A stretch of DNA of 41,402 nucleotides, taken from IMG/VR virus record IMGVR_UViG_3300002037_000001, positions 1 through 41,402 of that record; one strand, written 5' to 3'. This DNA is from a virus. Each line of letters begins with the position of its first letter. The stretch's first letter is position 1. A model generated the notes under the pieces. It was not told where the DNA came from. It made no database searches and saw nothing but the letters and a program-made list of their open reading frames with translations. The translations under genes and the position numbers were made by a program. Below are positions 35,435 to 41,402 of the stretch, one piece after another.

Positions 35435-35994
35435 TATTTCTTAGTATTTCGGTCTAAACATTCAATCATTTGTACGGCCACAGCGGCCACTTGTATAAGT
35501 TCCTCGCGGTAACGTTCTAATCTTTTAGTTTGTAAGTCGGCGTGTATTGCGTCCTCTTGTACAGGGTTAGCCTCATATAAATAATGGTCGATTGCCTCTT
35601 TAGCGGCTTCGCCTACTTCTTCGGTCAAAATTGCTATCCAAGTAGTTGGGGTGTGGTTTTGTTCGCCCCATTTACGTTGCTGCGACATACGCTCTTTTCG
35701 TACTTTTCGAAGTACGCTATTTATAGACATGGGGTCAAATTCGAATGGCGGAGGTATCTTAATTTGAGTACAATGTATTTGTTCAGCCGTGAGTTGAAAC
35801 TCAAACTTAACCACAAATAAGTCAGGGTTGTGGGTGGTTGGCCTGGCGGTTAATATCCGTTTATTGACATGGAGGCATTTCGCCGCATCCCAATTTATTT
35901 TTGAAATGTCTCCCCCTGAAGCTAAATACTCAGATAAAAGCATGGTGTTTTGTTTTTTCATAGTTAAGGTGTTTTTATTAAGATTTAAGTGCAA
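35434..35994 (-). CDS. MazG-like nucleotide pyrophosphohydrolase domain protein; probable true start ATG at 35961
   Basis: The C-terminal half QRKWGEQNHTPTTWIAILTEEVGEAAKEA...ELIQVAAVAVQMIECL matches the all-alpha NTP-PPase (MazG-like) pattern. The track start is a TTG. It is the first gene of the minus arm. Confidence 0.6.
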   Translation of the reverse strand: MHLNLNKNTLTMKKQNTMLLSEYLASGGDISKINWDAAKCLHVNKRILTARPTTHNPDLFVVKFEFQLTAEQIHCTQIKIPPPFEFDPMSINSVLRKVRKERMSQQRKWGEQNHTPTTWIAILTEEVGEAAKEAIDHYLYEANPVQEDAIHADLQTKRLERYREELIQVAAVAVQMIECLDRNTKK

Positions 35995-36046
35995 GTTAAA
36001 AATATTTTAGGAAAATACCAAAAAATATTTACAAATAAACAATAAC

Positions 36047-36351
36047 TTGTTTACGTAAACAATAGCATTGTTTACGCACATGTCTAGTATTCGTGGGGCT
36101 TTCGAGAAGATAAACAATGTAAACAATAATATTAATACTATTATAGTTAATAATATATAATATATAATAGTAATGTCATTTATAGTAATATACCATATAG
36201 GAGTTTCTTCTAATTTATTGTTTATTGTTTACAATTTCGGGTGCGCCCAATGATAGCAAGGGTTGCGGCGTAAACAAGGATTGTTTACCTTTGTTTACCG
36301 AGGGGTTAAATAGTTGATTACCAGTAAGTTAATGTTTTTAGCATTGTTTAC
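36047..36351. promoter_or_regulatory. iteron/operator array: nine exact TTGTTTAC/GTAAACAA 8-mers flanking an AT-rich core
   Basis: Exact copies are at 36047, 36055(rc), 36068, 36119(rc), 36225, 36270(rc), 36281, 36291 and 36344. Bases 36047-36062 form a perfect 16-bp palindrome. Bases 36127-36200 are almost pure A/T. Confidence 0.6.
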
Positions 36352-36431
36352 ACTTAAAAACCGTTTATCGGATTTATTGACAATTTCATCGAAAAAACAA
36401 ACATATTATGTCTTTAAAACATAATAAGCCT

Positions 36432-36439
36432 TATATTTG
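36432..36439 (+). promoter_or_regulatory. candidate Bacteroidota-type -7 box (TATATTTG)
   Basis: It matches TAnnTTTG and ends 22 nt upstream of ATG 36462, the first gene of the plus arm. No clear -33 TTG. Confidence 0.35.
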
Positions 36440-36461
36440 TGTCAAACAAAAGATATAAATT

Positions 36462-36662
36462 ATGAAAAGCCTACAAATTAAAATTATATTACTACTTATT
36501 ATGTTACTGTATTTTGTTAATACGAGAGCCGCTGAGGTTAAGCCGCAGACCATCAATGTGGAAATGACCCAGGAGTGTGCAAGAGTGTATAAGTTCAAAA
36601 ATTATAGAGTTATGAGAGCGTTACATTTCAGAACCAAAAGAAATAAATCTAAATTAGCGTAA
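36462..36662 (+). CDS. small secreted/membrane protein
   Basis: 66 aa with an N-terminal signal-like segment IKIILLLIMLLYFVNTRAAE. Confidence 0.5.
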   Translation: MKSLQIKIILLLIMLLYFVNTRAAEVKPQTINVEMTQECARVYKFKNYRVMRALHFRTKRNKSKLA

Positions 36663-36747
36663 TCGACTGAGCGATTTAAAATAGATATTAGGCTCAGAGC
36701 GTCCGCCTTTCTCGGCGGGGTTATATTAACATTTAAAAACATTTAGA

Positions 36748-37002
36748 ATGTCACAGAAGGTAAAAGAAATGGAAGCACAGCAGAAGGCCAACAACCTACA
36801 AGTCATGAAGCGAACTCTCGAAACCAGATTCGAGAAAACAGCAAGAGTCGACAAAGACAAAAATTGCGTTAAAATTAATTTGGAAGAACTGCAAAGCGGG
36901 GACATATCTTTTCTTAGGAATCTACGTTTTCATGGAACAGAGCCTATAGAATATGCCGTTAAGCGTTCAGGTACAGGTTTGGTATTAATTGTAAAACTTT
37001 AA
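36748..37002 (+). CDS. hypothetical protein
   Basis: 84-aa ORF with an ATG start, on the same strand as the rest of the cluster. Confidence 0.55.
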   Translation: MSQKVKEMEAQQKANNLQVMKRTLETRFEKTARVDKDKNCVKINLEELQSGDISFLRNLRFHGTEPIEYAVKRSGTGLVLIVKL

Positions 37003-37005
37003 GTC

Positions 37006-37140
37006 ATGGCAAAGATAAAACTGGAGATAAACGTATCGGAGAATACGATTAAATATTTTTTACTTGCAATTATAGTCGTGTCTATGGCGTCCCTTATTTG
37101 GGGGCTGTGTAATGGGCTTGACACCTCACCTTTAAATTAG
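37006..37140 (+). CDS. small membrane ORF (44 aa), below the track cutoff
   Basis: Hand translation gives MAKIKLEINVSENTIKYFLLAIIVVSMASLIWGLCNGLDTSPLN. It exactly fills the gap between its neighbours. Confidence 0.35.
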   Translation: MAKIKLEINVSENTIKYFLLAIIVVSMASLIWGLCNGLDTSPLN

Positions 37141-37145
37141 AAATT

Positions 37146-37439
37146 ATGAGCAAACTACTATCAAGTTTAGAAGAAATGAAGGAGCAGCTAGAGAAAGCAG
37201 AGCAGTATAATTCTTATGAATTAGCCGTAGGAGATGACTTAGTCTCAGGACTGTGCGCGCTGTGCCTTGTCCTCTTGGACCCTTTAGGCGACCAAAAAAC
37301 ATATGCCGAAGTAAGGGACTACTTATCTACTGAATTGCCCCGCAGAAAATATTCCACGGGGTATTGCTGGCCGAAAGGAGACAAAAGACCTCGGCTAGAG
37401 TGGTTAGACGAACAAATTAAAAAACTTAAAGAATTATGA
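37146..37439 (+). CDS. paralog-family protein C
   Basis: 97 aa with SGLC, YLSTELP and GYCWPKGDKRPRLEWLDEQIKKLKEL. It is the only family member on the plus strand. Confidence 0.6.
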   Translation: MSKLLSSLEEMKEQLEKAEQYNSYELAVGDDLVSGLCALCLVLLDPLGDQKTYAEVRDYLSTELPRRKYSTGYCWPKGDKRPRLEWLDEQIKKLKEL

Positions 37440-37540
37440 AGACAACAAAAGATTTTATTATTTACGGATTTTGCTTCGCGATGTTTTTCGCGGGGGTTTT
37501 AATCGGCGGGTTTCTCCTGCTAGAAAGGTTAGGAGCTTAA
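37436..37540 (+). CDS. small membrane ORF (34 aa), below the track cutoff
   Basis: Hand translation gives MKTTKDFIIYGFCFAMFFAGVLIGGFLLLERLGA. It has ATGA coupling to the previous stop and ends 1 nt before the next ATG. Confidence 0.35.
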   Translation: MKTTKDFIIYGFCFAMFFAGVLIGGFLLLERLGA

Positions 37541-37541
37541 T

Positions 37542-37739
37542 ATGTACATATACCACAATTTAAAGACAGGAGAGTATAAAGCTTATACGTCCAGGCAAGC
37601 ATTAGCCGACCAGATAGGCATATCGAAGGATACACTGGCGAATAAGTTCAGCCGTGATAAGAAAACCACGTGGACGACTAAAGACGCCGAGGTGATTACG
37701 AAGACGACAGCAATAACTAATAAAAGGCAGAAGAAATGA
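37542..37739 (+). CDS. hypothetical protein with HTH-like segment
   Basis: 65 aa. SRQALADQIGISKDTLANKF resembles a helix-turn-helix. Confidence 0.5.
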   Translation: MYIYHNLKTGEYKAYTSRQALADQIGISKDTLANKFSRDKKTTWTTKDAEVITKTTAITNKRQKK

Positions 37740-37951
37740 AAGGCTTTACTAAAGTCACAGACTATCAATGCCCTTCTTGTGGAGACTCTCCAAGCTCTTA
37801 CGAAGGATACACCAAAGATGGGGAGTCGTACCCTAAAATTGAAAACAGAAGAGAAGGATACAATCTTGACGGCGAATACCATGATTGGGAGGAGTACCAC
37901 GTGTGCCAGAATTGCGGTACTAAATATTTTTTTACGAATGGGGCTTATTAA
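37736..37951 (+). CDS. zinc-ribbon small protein
   Basis: 71 aa with CPSCG ... CQNCG pairs. It has ATGA coupling to the previous gene. Confidence 0.5.
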   Translation: MKGFTKVTDYQCPSCGDSPSSYEGYTKDGESYPKIENRREGYNLDGEYHDWEEYHVCQNCGTKYFFTNGAY

Positions 37952-38006
37952 ACCCTATATTTGCAAAGTCTTTACCAGTAAATAGGCAGGTAGTACCCTG
38001 CGTGTT

Positions 38007-38037
38007 AGCCCACAGATTTGATTCTGTGGGCTTTTTT
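38007..38037 (+). terminator. rho-independent terminator
   Basis: A perfect 9-bp stem agcccacag/ctgtgggct with an 8-nt loop, followed by tttttt. It separates the small-gene cluster from terS. Confidence 0.8.
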
Positions 38038-38040
38038 ATT

Positions 38041-38048
38041 TATATTTG
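38041..38048 (+). promoter_or_regulatory. candidate -7 box TATATTTG with -33 TTTG at 38017-38020
   Basis: It matches TAnnTTTG and ends 19 nt upstream of the terS ATG. A TTTG lies 20 nt upstream, inside the terminator loop. Confidence 0.4.
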
Positions 38049-38067
38049 GGCTACACAATAATACACA

Positions 38068-38601
38068 ATGACTGATAAAATGGAAGCTTTTGCACAAGAA
38101 TACACCGTAGACCGTAACGGGTCGGCGGCAGCCATACGTGCAGGATACGCCCCAAATAACGCTAAGGAGCAGGCTTACAGTCTACTTAGGCACTCAGAGG
38201 TCAAGGCTCGTATCGATGAGCTCTTCAGCGAGATATATGAGCGAAATAAAATGGGCATCGATGAAGCCATATCTATACTTACAGACATAGCCAGGACCGA
38301 ACCTGCAGACATATTTCACGAAGACGGTACCATGAAGGACATACACGACATTCCTAAATTTGCAAGACAAGCCATTGAGGGCGTAGAGTTCAAAACCAAA
38401 TATGTGTGGGACGAACTACTAGAAGAGCATGTGGCCGTGTCCTTCCCAGATAAACTAAAAATGACAGGCAAACAGGCGGCTATCGATAAGATGCTTAAAC
38501 ATCTTGGAGGATATAAAGTGGACAATGAACAGAAGAAAGCAGAAGTTACAGTGTTGAACATCAACCCGTTAGAAGATTACGACGACACAACAGAAGAATA
38601 G
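38068..38601 (+). CDS. terS: terminase small subunit (Terminase_2 / P27 type)
   Basis: The N-terminus MEAFAQEYTVDRNGSAAAIRAGYAPNNAKEQAYSLLRHSEVKARI matches the conserved HTH region of this family. It lies upstream of terL. Confidence 0.85.
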   Translation: MTDKMEAFAQEYTVDRNGSAAAIRAGYAPNNAKEQAYSLLRHSEVKARIDELFSEIYERNKMGIDEAISILTDIARTEPADIFHEDGTMKDIHDIPKFARQAIEGVEFKTKYVWDELLEEHVAVSFPDKLKMTGKQAAIDKMLKHLGGYKVDNEQKKAEVTVLNINPLEDYDDTTEE

Positions 38602-38604
38602 ACT

Positions 38605-38778
38605 ATGATTTGGACAGAAGAAGCAAGTACTATTGATTTAAATAAATTTAAAAAAATTAAAGCTAGAGCGTGCAGCCAAGCTATATGGGAGGATTCTGTA
38701 GACACCCCAAAAATAGTCTCACAGGACATAATACACTCACAGGACATAATACACTCACAGGACACAACAGAAGAATAG
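38605..38778 (+). CDS. small repeat-containing ORF (57 aa) between terS and terL
   Basis: Hand translation gives MIWTEEASTIDLNKFKKIKARACSQAIWEDSVDTPKIVSQDIIHSQDIIHSQDTTEE. It ends with the same DTTEE-stop as terS and fills the terS-terL gap exactly. Confidence 0.4.
   Translation: MIWTEEASTIDLNKFKKIKARACSQAIWEDSVDTPKIVSQDIIHSQDIIHSQDTTEE
38719..38764. repeat. 18-bp tandem repeat tcacaggacataatacac, about 2.6 copies
   Basis: Exact copies are at 38719-38736 and 38737-38754, with a partial third copy to 38764. It explains the repetitive track ORFs in the other frames. Confidence 0.9.
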
Positions 38779-38781
38779 AAC

Positions 38782-40017
38782 ATGCTTCAAGTAACCCGCG
38801 CAATGCGCCGTATATCAGCCCTACGCACCCGAATATGGGGCATACAAGGAGGGCAAGGAGCAGGGAAAACCTTCTCCATTCTCTGGTTGATATGTGACTA
38901 CGCAGCCAAGACAGCGGGAAAAGAGATATTTATCGCATCGTCGGAACTTACCAAGATGCGAATTACCGTTATAAAGGATTTCAAGAAGATAATGCAGGAC
39001 CTGGGGCATTACGAGAAAACTAGATTCCCTGGTGAAACCCTCTACATGTTCCCAAATGGGACTTTCATTAAATTTATTGGGCTTGATAAAGAGGATATAG
39101 GTAAAGGGCTTCGAAGTGATTTAATGTTCGTGAACGAGGCTAACAAAGTTAATTTTGAGACATACAGAGAGCTTACCAGTAGGGCTAAGCGAATAATCAT
39201 TGACTTTAACCCTAATAGCAAGTTCTGGTACCACCGCGAGGTGATGAAACGCAAGGACTGCACTCACCTAAGCTTAACTTTCAGGGATAACGAATGTATA
39301 AGCAAAGAGGAGCGCAACGAAATACTATCCTATAAAGACAAAGGATTCAACCCTGACAGTACCGTCAAGAATGAGTATTGGGCAAATAAGTGGAGAATCT
39401 ACGGCCTGGGAGAAATCGGAGGCGTAGAAGGGCGTATCTTCAATTGGAAGCCCTGCAGTTACGGAGACTATCTTAAAATACATAAACCTGCCCACTTCTA
39501 TTCAGATTGGGGTAAGTCCGACCCTTGGGCAGTGGGAGAGTTTAAGTATACGGATGGCCGACTTTACGTACACGAGAGGAACTACAGAAGCGAGAACCAG
39601 TGGCGCCAGGCTTTAACGGTGCCGCAGCTTCGAAATATTCAAGGTGCAGGCAATGAAGGGTTAGTGTCTTGGAGGTTTAACGAAATGCACATACCTAAAG
39701 ACGCGTATATCGTCTGCGACAACAACCGCCCCGAGAAGATAACCACCATACGGGAGCAGGGATGGGAGTACGCTTTTACAGCAGTTAAAGGTAGCGGCTC
39801 TATAAATGCGGGGATTGACATACTGCAAAACCTAGATGTATACTACACAGATACTTCGGAAAATATAGAATTTGAGCAAGAAGTATATCAGTGGGACGTA
39901 GACCGCTACGGGGACGTGATAGACGGGAAGCCTAAAGACACCAATAATCACCACATGGATGGGATAAGATATGGGGCTAGTTGGTTAGCCCGTGAAGGGA
40001 TTATCAGAGTAGCGTAA
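38782..40017 (+). CDS. terL: terminase large subunit (PBSX / Terminase_3 type)
   Basis: Walker A is GGQGAGKT, Walker B-like is DLMFVNEAN, and the C-terminal nuclease region ends HHMDGIRYG. Confidence 0.92.
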   Translation: MLQVTRAMRRISALRTRIWGIQGGQGAGKTFSILWLICDYAAKTAGKEIFIASSELTKMRITVIKDFKKIMQDLGHYEKTRFPGETLYMFPNGTFIKFIGLDKEDIGKGLRSDLMFVNEANKVNFETYRELTSRAKRIIIDFNPNSKFWYHREVMKRKDCTHLSLTFRDNECISKEERNEILSYKDKGFNPDSTVKNEYWANKWRIYGLGEIGGVEGRIFNWKPCSYGDYLKIHKPAHFYSDWGKSDPWAVGEFKYTDGRLYVHERNYRSENQWRQALTVPQLRNIQGAGNEGLVSWRFNEMHIPKDAYIVCDNNRPEKITTIREQGWEYAFTAVKGSGSINAGIDILQNLDVYYTDTSENIEFEQEVYQWDVDRYGDVIDGKPKDTNNHHMDGIRYGASWLAREGIIRVA

Positions 40018-40022
40018 TAAAA

Positions 40023-40046
40023 AAGCCGCCTGAATTCAGACGGCTT
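40023..40046. terminator. hairpin after terL (aagccgCctg aatt cagAcggctt); the T-run is on the minus-strand side only
   Basis: A 9-bp stem with one mismatch around a GAATTC palindrome. It is preceded by aaaaaa and followed by aaacc, so it would only be a canonical terminator for leftward transcription. Confidence 0.35.
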
Positions 40047-40119
40047 AAACCAAACCTTAAAAGTAAAACATTACTATTTGCTGATTCAAATATAAAGAAT
40101 TAAGATTTAAAGCAATAAA

Positions 40120-40143
40120 AAATCCCGCTAAGTAGCAGGATTT
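40120..40143 (+). terminator. hairpin with flanking A-run and T-rich tail (possible terminator)
   Basis: The sequence aaatccCgct aagt agcAggattt gives a 9-bp stem with one mismatch, followed by ctcgttt. Confidence 0.35.
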
Positions 40144-40232
40144 CTCGTTTAAACTCAATAAATAACTAACCAATAAAGTAACCAACTTTTAGCAAATATA
40201 GCGAAATACTTAGGAAATAAGCAAAAAAATGT

Positions 40233-40240
40233 TATTTTTG
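40233..40240 (+). promoter_or_regulatory. candidate -7 box TATTTTTG upstream of the portal gene
   Basis: It matches TAnnTTTG and ends 23 nt upstream of ATG 40264. No clear -33 element. Confidence 0.35.
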
Positions 40241-40263
40241 TTAGAACTATAAACAGAAAATTA

Positions 40264-41402
40264 ATGGCATTCGGTTGGAGAATACCCCAAATAGTAAAGA
40301 GAATATTTTCCGAAAAGGAGGGTAATTTCTATGAAACCTGGTCCCAGGACACCAACTATACTAAAGAGGATAAATTAAAAGTGATTCTTTCTAATCCCGC
40401 AGCCCTGTTCATATTCTTACTACTTCCAGACCTATGCTCCCTAGGGAAGTTTGTGCTTAAAGATAGAAAAACCGACAAGATAATAGAGTCCCACCCTATA
40501 CTAGACTTACTAGCGAACCCGAACCCCATGCAGACCGAAAAGCAGTTTAAGTGGGACTACATGTTCTGGCGACTTCTAGGTACGGCCAACATGTTATCAG
40601 ACTCAAAAGTACTAAAGAAACGAAATATTCTATACTGGCTAGACCCCTCTTTTATAGAGTGGCCTAAGTGGTTTCTTGAAAACAGAAACACTATTTTCTT
40701 ATCGGAAACAGCAATCACAAAGCTGAAGAGGAAAATACTTAAATACAAAACAGCTAACCAGGAGCTGCCTTTTGAATATGGGCAGCTAAAACAATTCTTC
40801 GACATAACTAACGGGGTTTCTTTTGAGGAATCTGGGTGGTTCGAAGGACCCAGCAAAGTAGATGCGATATACAAAATAGTAAAGAACTCAGATAACCTAC
40901 TTGACTCTAAGAACGTAAACTCTTTATTAGCCCGAAAGTTTATGGTCGCAGGCAAACACGATGTGTCGAACACATCAACGCTACCAATGAGCGAGAACGA
41001 GAAAAACAACATCGAAAAAAAGATTTTCTCTAAGAAATCCATCCACGCAGTTAAGTCCATGATAGACATTAAAAGGTTTGTTGAGGACTTAGGGGCTATG
41101 GAGAAAATAGATAAAGCGTTTATGAATGACGCTTTTCTTATTGGTAAGGTGGTTAATCTACCGAAGGATGTCATAGAGAGTTTCGAGCAAGGCTCTACTT
41201 ATGAGAATCAAGAAAAAGCTAGGGCGTTAGTCATCTCATATTGTATTCAGTCTGCAGGGGATGATTTTGGGCAGGGGATACTAGACCATTTCAAAGTGGA
41301 AGGGTTATCTCTGACCTTGGCTTTCGACCACCTTCCGTTCGTGCAAACATTTGAGAAAGATAGAGCGGAGACAGTAGATAAGAAAGCTTCGGCTTTTAAG
41401 AA
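40264..41402 (+). CDS. portal protein, N-terminal and central part (runs off the window end, continues at 50..176)
   Basis: The frame is open from ATG 40264 to the window end, which is why the track omits it. The listed antisense ORF 40557..41174 is Ser/Leu-rich noise. The position is between terL and the protease. Confidence 0.7.
   Translation, partial: MAFGWRIPQIVKRIFSEKEGNFYETWSQDTNYTKEDKLKVILSNPAALFIFLLLPDLCSLGKFVLKDRKTDKIIESHPILDLLANPNPMQTEKQFKWDYMFWRLLGTANMLSDSKVLKKRNILYWLDPSFIEWPKWFLENRNTIFLSETAITKLKRKILKYKTANQELPFEYGQLKQFFDITNGVSFEESGWFEGPSKVDAIYKIVKNSDNLLDSKNVNSLLARKFMVAGKHDVSNTSTLPMSENEKNNIEKKIFSKKSIHAVKSMIDIKRFVEDLGAMEKIDKAFMNDAFLIGKVVNLPKDVIESFEQGSTYENQEKARALVISYCIQSAGDDFGQGILDHFKVEGLSLTLAFDHLPFVQTFEKDRAETVDKKASAFK
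41354..41402. repeat. second copy of the 49-bp terminal overlap
   Basis: Identical to 1..49. Confidence 0.95.

Noticed and set aside
38719-38764. Possible CRISPR-like array, together with the repeats at 30057..30124
   Set aside because: The repeats are contiguous and have no spacers. They are only 18-19 bp long, occur in 2-3 copies and lie inside coding frames.
38577-38897. Track ORFs 38670..38897 (+) and 38577..38783 (-) with LTGHNT and SCECIM repeats
   Set aside because: They are alternative-frame readings of the 18-bp tandem repeat. One overlaps the terL start and the other is antisense. The frame 38605..38778 fits the gene spacing exactly.
40557-41174. 205-aa minus-strand ORF in the track
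   Set aside because: It lies wholly antisense to the open portal reading frame and is Ser/Leu/Phe-rich low-complexity sequence. The same reasoning applies to the other antisense track ORFs inside well-supported genes, for example 796..1104, 1392..1922, 5913..6482, 7158..7715, 7902..8588, 20122..20688, 28741..29289 and 30862..31200.

Overview
The window is a complete, circularly closed genome of a tailed dsDNA phage. Bases 1-49 are identical to 41354-41402, so the unique length is 41,353 bp, and the portal gene runs across the junction.

Two transcription arms diverge from a 467-bp non-coding region (35995-36461) and converge head-to-head at 19143-19146.

- Plus arm: a short early cluster of small genes (36462-37951) ends at a strong rho-independent terminator. 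After it come terS, a small repeat-containing ORF, terL, portal, prohead protease, an HK97-type major capsid protein with a delta domain, connector genes, a major tail protein, chaperone-position ORFs, a tape measure protein, two large tail/baseplate proteins, a frameshift-split tail fibre with a beta-helix domain, and a lysis cassette (three membrane proteins, an M15 peptidase endolysin, a candidate unimolecular spanin).
- Minus arm (35994 down to 19143): a MazG-like protein, tandem paralogous small genes, a SEC-C protein, a C5-cytosine methyltransferase, small zinc-ribbon proteins, a His-Me/HNH endonuclease, a Cas4-like PD-(D/E)XK nuclease, a T7 gp2.5-like SSB, a tRNA-like gene, a family A DNA polymerase, a Dam-like methyltransferase, an AEP-primase/VirE helicase, VRR-NUC, an SNF2 helicase and a DnaQ-like exonuclease.

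No integrase or obvious repressor was seen, so I read it as virulent; this is an inference. Three things point to a Bacteroidota (Flavobacteriia-type) host, also by inference: start codons lack Shine-Dalgarno sequences and have A-rich leaders, TAnnTTTG boxes sit upstream of the transcription-unit starts, and a tail protein carries SprB-like repeats.

The most interesting items:
1. An array of nine exact TTGTTTAC/GTAAACAA 8-mers around an AT-rich core in the divergent region.
2. A type II tRNA-like gene whose anticodon arm is replaced by a short tetraloop hairpin.
3. A four-member small-protein paralog family plus a truncated remnant.
4. Two genes broken by frameshifts: a 19-bp exact tandem duplication, and a 1-nt shift at a T-run in the tail fibre.
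5. A 57-codon ORF between terS and terL bracketed by 19-bp direct repeats.

All functional calls rest on motif recognition by eye. No database search was run.
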